Source of the DNA: a virus | Lineage: Duplodnaviria; Caudoviricetes | Reading direction: 5' to 3' (one strand) | Virus record (IMG/VR): IMGVR_UViG_3300044703_000023 | Span: 207-64,206 of that record | DNA length: 64,000 nucleotides | In this document: positions 1 through 9,938 of the stretch, piece after piece | Layout of the letters: each line of letters begins with the position of its first letter | How positions within the stretch are numbered: position 1 is the first letter of the stretch | Translations under genes and position numbers: made by a program | The notes under the pieces: model-generated | Told to the model about the DNA's origin: nothing | Seen by the model: only the letters and a program-made list of their open reading frames with translations | Databases searched by the model: none

Positions 1-1053
1 GAAGCGCGGCCCCTCAGTTCCATTGTTAAAGCCGTCGAGAGAATCGCTGCCAAGTAACGTTACGTTGAACTTCCGATCTATTGTGATTCCTGCATGGGTA
101 TAGTCCCGATGACTTAGGTGCATGGTAGCGCCGTTGGGCCAAGCTATAAACGCGGCGTTCAATGCCGCCGAGGTGGCCGCTCCTGCCGCTGCCGAGTCTG
201 CGCCCCACCATGCGATATGAAAATCCTTAAGGACGCTATTCCCCGTGAACGATGTTGTAATACCAGAAGCGAATATCTGGCGAGGTTCTGCTGACAGTGG
301 ACCAAGTATTGTCACGGTAGATGATCCGGTTAGGATTCCTTGTCCCTCAACCCTTACAGCAACAGTGGCGGGTATCGTCACATTTGACGCTACAGGCGTC
401 GCTGAGTCTACGACAATAGTTCCACCACCTAATAGACCTATGGCTGTTATAGCGGCATTTAGTGATGCGTATTTGCTGGTGTGGAGAAGGTAAGCAGGAA
501 CGAGGGGATCGCTTGCTTCAATGAAGGTTACGTTTGCTGCGATTGTAGGGTTAACCGAAGCCTTTGCACGTCCCGCCAGAGTCGTAGTGGCGTAGTTCAA
601 CGTCCCCAACGCCGTATCAACTGCTTGCTGAAGCATCAAGGCAAAGTCTGCCTTGCTTAGTGTCTCCGGATGTCTCACGGGTGAGGGGAGATGCTTTAGA
701 GTTTCCAAATAAAGCATCGTCAGCGGGCCGGAAGGATTTGCGGGAATCTGATAGTTGTCGAAAAGTAGCCCGTGGCGAATTCCCCTGGAATCGTAGATGC
801 CCGCTTGTATTCGCGCCGTACCTGGTTGACCGTCCGTGGTAGTGGGAAACGTGATCGCGGGAACAATTAAATCCCCACCACTGACAGACCATGTGTTAGT
901 GAGAAAGTAGTCTTTTGAATCAAGCGAGCCAGCCTTATATTTCGTGCCGTCAAGCGCCGTGAAATCTACGTTTGAGTAGTAACGAATAGTTCCCGAGGTA
1001 CCCACGTTTGACGCAGGGTTTCCGACAGTCATCTGGGCCAGTGTTGTACTCAT
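1..1053 (-). CDS. Tailspike / receptor-binding protein, N-terminal part (runs off window start; absent from ORF track)
   Basis: Own translation from ATG 1053: MSTTLAQMTVGNPASNVG...SKYASLNAAITAIGLLGGGTIVVD...WWGADSAAAGAATSAALNAAF...GPRF. No stop before base 1; pattern typical of a pectate-lyase-like beta-helix entry. Confidence 0.75.
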   Translation of the reverse strand, partial: MSTTLAQMTVGNPASNVGTSGTIRYYSNVDFTALDGTKYKAGSLDSKDYFLTNTWSVSGGDLIVPAITFPTTTDGQPGTARIQAGIYDSRGIRHGLLFDNYQIPANPSGPLTMLYLETLKHLPSPVRHPETLSKADFALMLQQAVDTALGTLNYATTTLAGRAKASVNPTIAANVTFIEASDPLVPAYLLHTSKYASLNAAITAIGLLGGGTIVVDSATPVASNVTIPATVAVRVEGQGILTGSSTVTILGPLSAEPRQIFASGITTSFTGNSVLKDFHIAWWGADSAAAGAATSAALNAAFIAWPNGATMHLSHRDYTHAGITIDRKFNVTLLGSDSLDGFNNGTEGPRF

Positions 1054-1665
1054 TTATGGCTTCTTCCCTAACGTGCCGGGTGCTCCAGCATAGGCCGCTC
1101 CAATTTGACCAGCAGCACCAAACCCTTGCTGTAATAATTGTGCCCATATACTCGGGGCCGGCCGGAAATTTGCCCAAGAATTAGTTGAGTTCTGGGAATT
1201 GTTTGACGCCATTCCCGCGAGGCCCATGCTTCTATTCTGCTGGAGACTCAATAGCGGTAAAAGGTTCCCTCTTACTTGCGCATCCTTCATCCTTACCCCA
1301 GTCTCAAACCCTCCTGAAGCATCTTGCTGTCTTTGATCGTCTTGCTGAGATCGGAGTAATTGAGAAAGCATCGGGTTAGAACCTTGCTGCCCTAATTGCA
1401 GAGCACCGATACCCATTCGTTCGCCTTCTTGTCTCTGAGACGCTTTGCCGTAAAGATCGAAATTCAATGCAGAGAGTTTGGAGTAGTCAACTGGACCGTC
1501 TTTCCCAGACGTGCCGTTAATCCAATCAAGGTTCTCTTTGTCGAGTGCGGTTTCAACAGGCTTCGGAGCCGCAGCGGCCGCCATTGCCGCGTCCTTCGCC
1601 GCGCGCTCAGCGGCCGCTTGGCGTTCGAGTTCAGCTTGTTTTGCTTTGTCTGTTTTCGAAGTCAT
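1054..1665 (-). CDS. Putative DNA pilot/ejection protein (P22 gp7-like)
   Basis: Ala/Gln/Gly-rich with amphipathic C-terminus GFGAAGQIGAAYAG; follows the GNAT and tail genes. Confidence 0.5.
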   Translation of the reverse strand: MTSKTDKAKQAELERQAAAERAAKDAAMAAAAAPKPVETALDKENLDWINGTSGKDGPVDYSKLSALNFDLYGKASQRQEGERMGIGALQLGQQGSNPMLSQLLRSQQDDQRQQDASGGFETGVRMKDAQVRGNLLPLLSLQQNRSMGLAGMASNNSQNSTNSWANFRPAPSIWAQLLQQGFGAAGQIGAAYAGAPGTLGKKP

Positions 1666-2022
1666 TTAACGTCTCCAAATAGTGCCGGGAACGGGAATGA
1701 AACCTAACTGATGAACGAGAAGGTCAACGTGTGGATTTGTCGTAACCAATAACTCAGCCATGTCTTCCGTGTTATGAGTTCTTAGCTTGTCTATCAACTG
1801 CGATGCGAGGCCATTGCCTCGATACTTTTTATCCACCCAAAAAGGACTTGCTACCCACGTTTTTTCAGCTCCTGCACATCCGACAATTCGATCTCCTTCA
1901 AACACCGCGAGAATAACCGATTGCTCAACTTTAGGTAGTGGGAGCACTTCGGACGATCCGCACTCCCTATAAGCGCGTTCGAGTTCAGGCCACCGCTCGA
2001 CTGGCAGAACCTCTATCTTCAT
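1666..2022 (-). CDS. GNAT-fold acetyltransferase-like morphogenesis protein
   Basis: AcCoA motif WVDKKYRGNGLASQL and C-terminal QLGF. Confidence 0.8.
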   Translation of the reverse strand: MKIEVLPVERWPELERAYRECGSSEVLPLPKVEQSVILAVFEGDRIVGCAGAEKTWVASPFWVDKKYRGNGLASQLIDKLRTHNTEDMAELLVTTNPHVDLLVHQLGFIPVPGTIWRR

Positions 2023-2588
2023 GAGATCAACCCGTGCCCAGTTGCTGTGCGTACCCTATTAAGCAGCGCATTCAGTTGCGCTTTTGTCTCATTCGCTAAC
2101 GTGATGACCGTGGCCAGGTCAGTAGCGTCAGCGGAGGCAACATCTGCGACCGCCGTTCCTCGCGCTCCAACGACTTTAGTTCCGGCAATCTTCAACGATG
2201 TCGTCAGATCGAGAGTCACGAAACGATCTGTCCATGCGCCGCTCGATACATGCCAGAGCTTGTTCTGATCGGTTGTGAAGAACAGACTTCCATTGTCATT
2301 TGCTGTAACCGTGATTGCTGCTCTCGTTGCGTTCGTGCCGACGTTGACTCCTACCAGGTACAGCCATTTAGTCCCGTCGTAGTAATAGAGCGTTGTGCGA
2401 TCAGTTGAGAAGTAGCGATCCCCTGACTGCCCTGATGACGGACGACTGGCATGTGCGCCAAAAGTGAATGAAGCGTCAGATGTCCCTATTGCCTGCCGCG
2501 GCGAAACAAAGTTCGCTACCGCTTCAGCCGACGCCCCGGCTTGCCGTTGGGCCATCGTGATATCAATATCGGGCGCCTCGTATTTCAT
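2019..2588 (-). CDS. Virion tail needle/fibre-like protein
   Basis: Two GD(R)YFxTD...W repeats and C-terminal LNALLNRVR..HGLI; lies in the tail module. Confidence 0.55.
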   Translation of the reverse strand: MKYEAPDIDITMAQRQAGASAEAVANFVSPRQAIGTSDASFTFGAHASRPSSGQSGDRYFSTDRTTLYYYDGTKWLYLVGVNVGTNATRAAITVTANDNGSLFFTTDQNKLWHVSSGAWTDRFVTLDLTTSLKIAGTKVVGARGTAVADVASADATDLATVITLANETKAQLNALLNRVRTATGHGLIS

Positions 2589-4369
2589 GTGATGTTTGAA
2601 CTAACCCCGCGAAGTCTCACGGCATCCGGCCCTGCGTCTCCAGTTCCGCAAGGCTGAGATATGAATACCTGATGCGACTTAGCGCCTCTTACGTTCGGCT
2701 TTTGAGTAGGTAGATGTTGTCGGGTAGCCGTTGGCGTTATCGTGCAAGTATCCTTCGCTGTTGTAGTGTCCCCATTGGTGAAAATCTTGACCGTGACGGC
2801 GTTTGTTGAGTCCGATCTAAGCCCTACTTCCATTCGCAGTATTTGATCAGCCTCAGAGCCAGAGAGATGGAGTTGGCCATAAACCTGATAAGTCATTCCC
2901 GTTCCGCTATTGAAGGTGTAGAGACGAATTGTTGTGCCATCGTTTGCGGCGAGCAATAGTCCACCAGAGACAGGTACGCAGGCACATAGGTTTCCCGTTA
3001 TCTTTATGCTCAAGTCAATCGGCGTATCCCATTTCTCACGTTGAGGATTGAACAGTAGAAGCGTTTGAGCATGACCGAATACGTCACGGTTATGATCTGA
3101 GTCGAAGCCTCCAACCACATTCGCCATCGTCCATCCGGCGGTATCGTCAGAAACGTCCATCGCAAAGTTCGTATCTGGTTCGCCCTTCTCGTCAATCCTT
3201 ACGAGTCCTCGTTTGCCTGTAGCCGCATAGAGTCTTCCACCTTCGCCCAGAAACCAGCCGTTCGGGCTTGCAATGCCCGTGGTGGGCCAGATGACTCTTA
3301 ATGAAAGAGGATTCCTTCCCCCGGTATACAGGAGAGCGGCCACATAACCCTCGCCAGCGATGTAAACAAACCCATCCGCTGCACGAGACAACACACCTTT
3401 GGGGGGAGCCGGAAGGAAGAGAAGGGAATCAGGTGGAAACGATTCGATGAATACTGGAAGCGAAACAGATATCGCGGTGCCAGGGCTTGTCGCTGTCACC
3501 CCTGCTGCGGTATCGCCATAGCAGCCGATAGCAGCGACCACATCCTCGATCGCGGCTGCAAAAACAGCAGCGGGGGGTGGGTAGTCAAGTATGGGAGCGA
3601 GGTTCTTACCAACCAACGATCCGTCTGCCCATTCCAACTCGACGGAGTTCGCTACTGTGTCAACGGTCGTAAGACTTGAGATTGCTATTTCGGTGAGTTC
3701 GTAGTCTGGACCAGTTGCGCCAAATCCTGCGGCTGTGACGCCTATTGCGATGCGATCAGCACCAACACTTGCCGCATAGGTTAAATCTGCTCCCGCGACC
3801 GTCAGGCGCATCTTAAAGCCGGAATTAACAATCACTGCTGATTGGGTGCTACGTCTTGATCTTCCTCCGGTAGCACCTCGCACAAACCAGATCACAGCAG
3901 AGTAGGTTCCTGCCATGATCGTTGAGGCTGACGGTGTGACCGCCAATGTGGGAGCGGTAGGTGGTTCTAAACCGAATGCGTAAGGCCCAGTTCCAGTGCC
4001 CGAATAACTACCCGACAGATAGAGAAGCATCTGCAAGGCAGTAGATGCGGCGACAGAACGATCTACACCACTAAGATAGAGTTCCCCCGAGCCAATGAAG
4101 CCAATAGCGCGCCCAATCAGTCCAATGACGTTTCCGATACCTGCGTGTGTCGCGTCCCCGAGGCCAGCGTAGGAGGCGTCAATGGCATTGAAGAGAAGGC
4201 GAGAACCTGAAACGGAATTGATTAAGGCTGGACCCTTGAAACATTGGCTCCGATTTTGTCCGAGGAAAAGGAGGTTCTTACTGCCGGCGGCACATTGACC
4301 TGGTTCGCCGCCAACTAAACTGGAGTTGGCAACGTAATGATCAAAGGTTGTCGTGGACAATACATCCAT
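2585..4369 (-). CDS. Tail hub / DNA stabilisation protein (P22 gp10-like)
   Basis: 594 aa, beta-rich, positioned after the adaptor genes. Confidence 0.5.
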   Translation of the reverse strand: MDVLSTTTFDHYVANSSLVGGEPGQCAAGSKNLLFLGQNRSQCFKGPALINSVSGSRLLFNAIDASYAGLGDATHAGIGNVIGLIGRAIGFIGSGELYLSGVDRSVAASTALQMLLYLSGSYSGTGTGPYAFGLEPPTAPTLAVTPSASTIMAGTYSAVIWFVRGATGGRSRRSTQSAVIVNSGFKMRLTVAGADLTYAASVGADRIAIGVTAAGFGATGPDYELTEIAISSLTTVDTVANSVELEWADGSLVGKNLAPILDYPPPAAVFAAAIEDVVAAIGCYGDTAAGVTATSPGTAISVSLPVFIESFPPDSLLFLPAPPKGVLSRAADGFVYIAGEGYVAALLYTGGRNPLSLRVIWPTTGIASPNGWFLGEGGRLYAATGKRGLVRIDEKGEPDTNFAMDVSDDTAGWTMANVVGGFDSDHNRDVFGHAQTLLLFNPQREKWDTPIDLSIKITGNLCACVPVSGGLLLAANDGTTIRLYTFNSGTGMTYQVYGQLHLSGSEADQILRMEVGLRSDSTNAVTVKIFTNGDTTTAKDTCTITPTATRQHLPTQKPNVRGAKSHQVFISQPCGTGDAGPDAVRLRGVSSNIT

Positions 4370-4948
4370 CTATTTCGCCAACACCTCAGCATCACTCATC
4401 AATCTTGGAGTCTTACTACTCATTGCCGCTTCGTTCTGCGCTATTGCATCGTTGTTCTTTAGAAGCCGTGAACGTAGCGGTCTTGCGTTCAGGTGCGGGC
4501 ATTTCGAGCAACCCACCAGGGATACCATGTCGTTGTGAATCGGGCTGAATATCTTTGCTACCTCGAAACGAGGCGTGATCGCGATGTCTTGTTCACCGAT
4601 CTTTGCTTCAGTGTCAGGGCAGTCGCACTTCTCCGCGTCGTCCATCTCTAAAGCCGTAACAATGCTTTCAAAGTATTCCGTTCTTACCGGATCAGGATGT
4701 ATCTTTGCTGCTAATGAATACTTTCCCTGCATGGCTAACGCATCAGCATAATTAGCTCGTGCGAGTTCCTGCGCGTCTGGATTGTCCTTTGCGGCGATGA
4801 TGTTTTGCTGCGCAGTCTTTTCCAATAACTCACCACGTCCGATAAGTCTCTCTGCTTCTGATAGGTGTCCACGACCGTGTGCGGCGAGAGCCAAATCTTG
4901 CCTTTGCGTTTCTGCGGCTTGCTGCTCTTCTGTGCCAACAAGCCACAC
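4370..4948 (-). CDS. Hypothetical protein (helical, CxC/CxxC)
   Basis: Contiguous ORF in the late operon; start uncertain. Confidence 0.55.
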   Translation of the reverse strand: MWLVGTEEQQAAETQRQDLALAAHGRGHLSEAERLIGRGELLEKTAQQNIIAAKDNPDAQELARANYADALAMQGKYSLAAKIHPDPVRTEYFESIVTALEMDDAEKCDCPDTEAKIGEQDIAITPRFEVAKIFSPIHNDMVSLVGCSKCPHLNARPLRSRLLKNNDAIAQNEAAMSSKTPRLMSDAEVLAK

Positions 4949-4964
4949 AGGGAATTGAAAAGTC

Positions 4965-5531
4965 TTAGGCAGCTTTAGTCACCATCCCTTGAGAAATGTC
5001 GATCATTAGTTCCAGCAGAATGGGCTCATGTGAAAACACCACATTTCCAATTAGCGGAGGGTATGCAGCTCTCACCGTGGCATCGCCGGTCAGGACAGTG
5101 CGATCATTCCCCTTCATCGTGAACAAGGTATTGTTCTCGACTGCGTAGTACGCGTACTCCTGTGAGCGCGACAGATCCAGCGCACTGGAGCTGCCTACCC
5201 GTCTGAGTTTCCCCTCTGCGTTTGTACTCGAAATAACATCGGGATGAGTAACCTTAACGATCTCAGATGGAATCATTGACTCGCTTGTCAGTGCAGTATG
5301 CGTAGCTAATGAACCTTGTCCGCTCGTTAAAGTTAAAGTTACGGTGAAGTTCTTACGGTAAATCTCTGCTTCCGTATCGCCGAATCGCTCTCTAACTCTT
5401 ATCGGTAGAAGTCGGAGAGCAGAAGGAACAAGGGTGGCAAGACGCGGGATAAGTGACGAGGGAATATCGGCCCCGGAAGACCGCAATCGCTCATAGGTAT
5501 CATTTGCTAACGACTCGACTGTATAGCTCAT
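4965..5531 (-). CDS. Head-tail adaptor-like virion protein
   Basis: 4-bp overlap with upstream gene; size and position. Confidence 0.45.
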   Translation of the reverse strand: MSYTVESLANDTYERLRSSGADIPSSLIPRLATLVPSALRLLPIRVRERFGDTEAEIYRKNFTVTLTLTSGQGSLATHTALTSESMIPSEIVKVTHPDVISSTNAEGKLRRVGSSSALDLSRSQEYAYYAVENNTLFTMKGNDRTVLTGDATVRAAYPPLIGNVVFSHEPILLELMIDISQGMVTKAA

Positions 5532-6211
5532 GCCGCTAAGACCACCGTTTCACTTGGGCCAGGTTCTCGCTTTAGTAGTTCTGCATAATCTGCTCTCGCA
5601 TCAGTAACTATGGTTGCCAGGGACGCGCCCATATCGCCTTCTTTGTAGCCGTCGCCGATTGATAGCCCTAAGAGCATGTCTTCGTCCGTTTCAGGAGATT
5701 GGCATGCACTCGAACGAGCAAACGTGGCTATCAACGCTTTCGCGTCAGAGCCCGTGTAGAACAGTTGCGATCCCCGCCGAATGTAATAGCCAGAAAGAAC
5801 GGAACTAGCCGCATCGTGCGCAGCTCCATACCGAGAACTAGTGTTTGCTCGCCATCTCTCGATGTCTGCCAATGACAGCGAAGCATCAAACTTTCCTGCC
5901 TTGTAATCTGAATCCGAAGAAACATATTTGATTGTGACTTGTTCGATTGGCCCTAAGTGATCTGGAATAGTGCTACCATGAGCAATGCTTGCCGAGAGGC
6001 CAAGAAATAGTGAGCGGTAGCCGTCACCAACTCTCGCTGCTCTGGCCGCGCAGATACGCGCATCCGCCGCAAGGATGATGTTCGTTAGTTCGGTATCATT
6101 GCGACGGGTATCCGTCACGCCAGATGTTATCCACGTCGCGGCGGTTGCGGCGTTTAAGGCGGCGATGAGTCTGCCGCGCACTGTTGCTAGGTCGCATCTG
6201 GTAATAGCCAT
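5528..6211 (-). CDS. Head-tail adaptor-like virion protein
   Basis: Late operon; N-terminal helix pattern (DTELTNIILAA). Confidence 0.45.
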   Translation of the reverse strand: MAITRCDLATVRGRLIAALNAATAATWITSGVTDTRRNDTELTNIILAADARICAARAARVGDGYRSLFLGLSASIAHGSTIPDHLGPIEQVTIKYVSSDSDYKAGKFDASLSLADIERWRANTSSRYGAAHDAASSVLSGYYIRRGSQLFYTGSDAKALIATFARSSACQSPETDEDMLLGLSIGDGYKEGDMGASLATIVTDARADYAELLKREPGPSETVVLAA

Positions 6212-6538
6212 TTAGGTTGATTCAAAACGGATGATTAACGTTTGATCGGCTGATTCATCTGTTCTCACGTAGCGGGAATTCAGCATTACCTCTGAGGATG
6301 TATCCGCGCTGTCACTATCTGAATCGCCCGGGTGTATCTGAGCGTCGAAGTTGCTAGATGTCATCGCGCTGTTGCCTACCTTAATTCCGCCATTTGCATC
6401 TGTGTTGGTGTCAGGGGATTGCAGTATTAGTCCCGTGACCCATCCGGTTATAGGCGCATTCGCCCCCAGGATGGTGGCAAGGTTGCGATTACTCGCGGCA
6501 GTTAGCCCCGTGGCTGCGGCTATTATTACAACGGGCAT
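6212..6538 (-). CDS. Small beta-rich virion protein
   Basis: GGAGGG RBS; late operon. Confidence 0.5.
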   Translation of the reverse strand: MPVVIIAAATGLTAASNRNLATILGANAPITGWVTGLILQSPDTNTDANGGIKVGNSAMTSSNFDAQIHPGDSDSDSADTSSEVMLNSRYVRTDESADQTLIIRFEST

Positions 6539-6548
6539 GAAACCCTCC

Positions 6549-7253
6549 TTACGGAATAAAGAATCTAGTTCGATCTATAAACGGATAACTGCGGCGCAGC
6601 CGAGGCGGTGTAAAGACTCTAGCTTTTGCGGCCACGCCTTTTTGTAGCCCTTTCTTAGTGAACCTCTGCCACTGCTCGTCACTCTTGGCTAAACGGGTCG
6701 CCAACACCTTGCCTACATCCATTCCCATTAGCTCGCGACACTGCGCGGCCGTTCTCAGCTTCAGATATGAATCGTAGAGATTGCCGATCTCAGTTGAGGC
6801 GGCTAATTCGGGATTATCATTCCCCCCGCGCTCGTACCAGACCGTTAGCGTGTGTGAAGAGTCGGGTTGCCACGAGACCTCCCCGTCTGCTCCTCGAAAC
6901 GTCACTGCCATCACCCCACCCATGCTTGCTTGTATCAAAGCATTCGGATCAACGATCTCCACAGGGTAGGAAATGTTTGTAGAAAGATCGGTTTGCAGTG
7001 TGACGTAAGAAGGCGCAGCCGAGTCGGGAGTAAGCGAGAAAGTAAACTCGTTCTCCGATAGTTGAACGGGCTGACTCGCTATCCGTCGTCCGCGATTCGT
7101 CAGTTCCAGATCGCGCAACATTTCATCTTCCGTCTCACATAGAACTTGAAAGACAAGCTGCTGCGGCAGACCGTTTTCCTTCAATGGCCTGTCGTCTGGA
7201 TTGCCGCAGTATTCATAAACTTCGGCAACGAGTTGAGAGCGTAGAACGGACAA
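6549..7253 (-). CDS. Head-tail adaptor-like protein
   Basis: Late operon position; TTG start directly after the previous stop. Confidence 0.45.
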   Translation of the reverse strand: MSVLRSQLVAEVYEYCGNPDDRPLKENGLPQQLVFQVLCETEDEMLRDLELTNRGRRIASQPVQLSENEFTFSLTPDSAAPSYVTLQTDLSTNISYPVEIVDPNALIQASMGGVMAVTFRGADGEVSWQPDSSHTLTVWYERGGNDNPELAASTEIGNLYDSYLKLRTAAQCRELMGMDVGKVLATRLAKSDEQWQRFTKKGLQKGVAAKARVFTPPRLRRSYPFIDRTRFFIP

Positions 7254-8168
7254 TTAGCCTACCTTCCGCGCCAACTGCTTCTCGCCTTGGGCCGCAAGCA
7301 GTTGATCCACCTTTGCTTCAAGCGCAGCACGGGCCTCGCGCTCTTGGGCCAATTCCGCTGACATTGATTCCGCCGCCGATTCTTCTTTCAATGCCCGCCT
7401 TGCGAGAATGTCGATAGCCGCACTATTCCCACCTCCGGCCATGCGATTAACGCGCTCAGGGACTTCCTTGTTTAACTGTCCACATATCCAGTGATGAAAT
7501 GGATTAGGATTAGATATCCCCGGCTTACCAACTTGAGCGTCGCTCATTGAGGTGATTAACGCTTCGTATTCAGCGTTCCCTCTCGTAAGCGCATCCTGCG
7601 AGCCGTTGAGAAGTATCTTTGCCAGTTCGCGAGCCTTGCCCTTATCTTCTTCGGGCAAATTGCTCTTATTGATTCGCTTCTCCGCGCCTGACGTGAACTC
7701 TTCCGCCATCTCGAAGATGCGGTACTCGAACGGCATCACCGTTTGGACGATCTGATTCACGCGCTCAAAGTCATCCATGCCGATCAGCGGTAGAAGAACT
7801 CGCAATCCTTCATCCTTGTAGCTGTCTCCCAATTCCGCTGCTTGAGCCTGCGCGTATTTCACGTATTCAATCTTGGGGATCATCTCGGAGTTCATGCTGA
7901 ATCCCTGCGAGTGTGAATCACCAATAGCAGAGCGATCAGGTTCCCAAGATGTAAGGTTGCTCAACGGGTAGGGAACGCATCGCTTGAATTCCGTCCACCG
8001 TTGATCGTGGTAGCCCAACTGAGACTTGATCTCCAGCGGCCCCATATTGTTGATTCGTTTGTAGAGCGTGCAGACCCAGTGCGTCAGGCTCTTTTTAGCG
8101 GTCTGCTCAGGCGTCGCATTGCCCCTTGGCGGTAATACAGTTGGAATAGCTGTCGCTGCTTCGTTCAT
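7254..8168 (-). CDS. Hypothetical protein with C-terminal coiled coil
   Basis: GAGGAG RBS; 304 aa. Confidence 0.6.
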   Translation of the reverse strand: MNEAATAIPTVLPPRGNATPEQTAKKSLTHWVCTLYKRINNMGPLEIKSQLGYHDQRWTEFKRCVPYPLSNLTSWEPDRSAIGDSHSQGFSMNSEMIPKIEYVKYAQAQAAELGDSYKDEGLRVLLPLIGMDDFERVNQIVQTVMPFEYRIFEMAEEFTSGAEKRINKSNLPEEDKGKARELAKILLNGSQDALTRGNAEYEALITSMSDAQVGKPGISNPNPFHHWICGQLNKEVPERVNRMAGGGNSAAIDILARRALKEESAAESMSAELAQEREARAALEAKVDQLLAAQGEKQLARKVG

Positions 8169-8184
8169 AGTCTCCTCCTCGCAT

Positions 8185-8931
8185 CTAGCGGGGTATAAAT
8201 TGTGGGTGGACAGCGCCGGTATAGATCGCGCCGCCCTGTTGTTGTCGTTGCCATTGAATCACCTGCCGCCGTTCAATTTCGCGGTCAGCTTGCTCCAATG
8301 AGTCGCGTTCGTTTTGTGGCGTCAGTTCCCATTGCCAGAGAGCGCGAGCCACTTCCAACGCTTCGTTATCGGGCGGGTGATAAGTTAAGTCTGCTCGTTC
8401 CAGGCGAAGCCAGTAGTCATAACACCCGTCAGATGGAAACTGATTGAGGAGCCGCTTGCCGCCGGCCTCGCGATTCTCTCGAGTGTAAGAACGTTTTGAG
8501 CCGCACTTATCACATGGCGGCACACTTCCAAGAAAGGCTAACGTCTCACGGCTACAAATAATTTCAGCGTCACAGCCTTTGCAGAAATAGAATTCCTGGA
8601 CAACATCCGGAGCGATCAGTGTTTGATACCGGCCACTTCTCTTTAAGAATTCAGGGGAACGCCATATCTCGATAATCCAACGGCGTTCACCTAACTGCTC
8701 TCCGGCAAATCCAAAGTCGAGATACTTGATCACCTTGTCGGCTTGCATTGGGTCTTCATAAGTCGGCCCCCAACGCATTACTAAGTTCGGCTCGCCAAAG
8801 CGACTCTTGCCTGCGATTCTTTGCAGCTCACGACGGAACCACTTCGCCTCCCCGTCGCTGATCACGTCGCTCTCATTCAGCACGGTAAGCGTGGAAGGTC
8901 TTGTCAGATCGTATTCAGGGACTTCTAGCAA
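8185..8931 (-). CDS. Hypothetical protein with CxxC...CxxC zinc ribbon
   Basis: CKGC...CDKC. Confidence 0.6.
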   Translation of the reverse strand: MLEVPEYDLTRPSTLTVLNESDVISDGEAKWFRRELQRIAGKSRFGEPNLVMRWGPTYEDPMQADKVIKYLDFGFAGEQLGERRWIIEIWRSPEFLKRSGRYQTLIAPDVVQEFYFCKGCDAEIICSRETLAFLGSVPPCDKCGSKRSYTRENREAGGKRLLNQFPSDGCYDYWLRLERADLTYHPPDNEALEVARALWQWELTPQNERDSLEQADREIERRQVIQWQRQQQGGAIYTGAVHPQFIPR

Positions 8932-9227
8932 ACCATTTCCTCGACTTCCGGTTCAGTTACTACCATCTGAATCTCTCTTTTGAATCGTGCATAGCAAAGC
9001 TCGCCATATCGCTTTGCCGTGGCATCCTTGTCGCCAACAATCGTATTCGCTACGTGCGCGAATGCAGAGTTAGCGCAACGGATCGCAATCATCTCTAAAG
9101 ACTCCGGTTCGTTGTCTGGATGCTGTCGCGCTTGGTGGAAGAGATTCACCGCGTCCTTCACGGTTGCGAGACACCATTTTTCAACAAGCGTTTTTTGAAT
9201 CGTGTTCATAGTAAAGAGGGGCGACAC
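8925..9227 (-). CDS. Hypothetical protein
   Basis: Overlaps next gene; likely start MNTIQK. Confidence 0.5.
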   Translation of the reverse strand: MSPLFTMNTIQKTLVEKWCLATVKDAVNLFHQARQHPDNEPESLEMIAIRCANSAFAHVANTIVGDKDATAKRYGELCYARFKREIQMVVTEPEVEEMVC

Positions 9228-9270
9228 CTGCCGCCCCTTCTTCGAAGGAGCACCGAATGGCGTCGGTGGT

Positions 9271-9813
9271 TTAGTCTCTCTGCACCGTCAAAGACAGACG
9301 GATAATTCCCGCTGACTTCGGCGTGTAAGTGCCCAGGGCGGTGATGACCACCCAAAGCCCTGATCCGCCGTCAGCGCATTGATAGTTGAACGGCAATCCA
9401 CTCGTTGTCGTGCTGTTTGCAGCGTGGCGAATCTGGCCCAACGTGCCGCCCGCCTGAGTAACTAGGATCGGAGGATCAATGTAGCCAAGATACGTTGACG
9501 GATTGGTTGATACCCCGGTGAACGCTGCGTTATCAGCGGCAGGGGTCAACACAGCGTTAAAGAGATGCAACCGAAACGTGGCCGTGGTAATCGTTTCCAA
9601 GTCGGAGGCTAACAAGAGTTCCATGATCCGACCTGATCCGCCGTTGAAACGGGCCGCATTAGGGAACGACATAGCGGCAGGCGTGGTGACTGGCCCAACA
9701 ACATCGCCTGTCGCATACTGGGTTGTATCCGAGGGGCGAGTAAAAACCGCCGTGATCCGTTTCTGGTCAATTATCGGCGCGAACTGATTTCCAAAGTTAT
9801 CAAAGTTAGGCAT
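9271..9813 (-). CDS. Virion (head decoration-like) protein
   Basis: TRPSDTTQYATGDVVG motif; beta-rich; directly after the capsid gene. Confidence 0.55.
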   Translation of the reverse strand: MPNFDNFGNQFAPIIDQKRITAVFTRPSDTTQYATGDVVGPVTTPAAMSFPNAARFNGGSGRIMELLLASDLETITTATFRLHLFNAVLTPAADNAAFTGVSTNPSTYLGYIDPPILVTQAGGTLGQIRHAANSTTTSGLPFNYQCADGGSGLWVVITALGTYTPKSAGIIRLSLTVQRD

Positions 9814-9896
9814 TTCGTTTTCTCTCCTCGCTCCTGCTTTATCGGAGCGTTTCTATGCCGCTTGGTAGGCGGTCGTTACCACCGCAAGAGTTTGAG

Positions 9897-9930
9897 CTTG
9901 GGCAAGATGAAACTCACCCAAGCTTGCCCA
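9897..9930 (-). terminator. Hairpin downstream of the capsid gene
   Basis: TTGGGCAAG...CTTGCCCAA inverted repeat. Confidence 0.4.
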
Positions 9931-9938
9931 AAGAACGC

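Noticed and set aside
245-892. Short ORFs 245-493, 617-892 and 660-842
   Set aside because: Shadows of the unlisted tailspike frame 1053->1.
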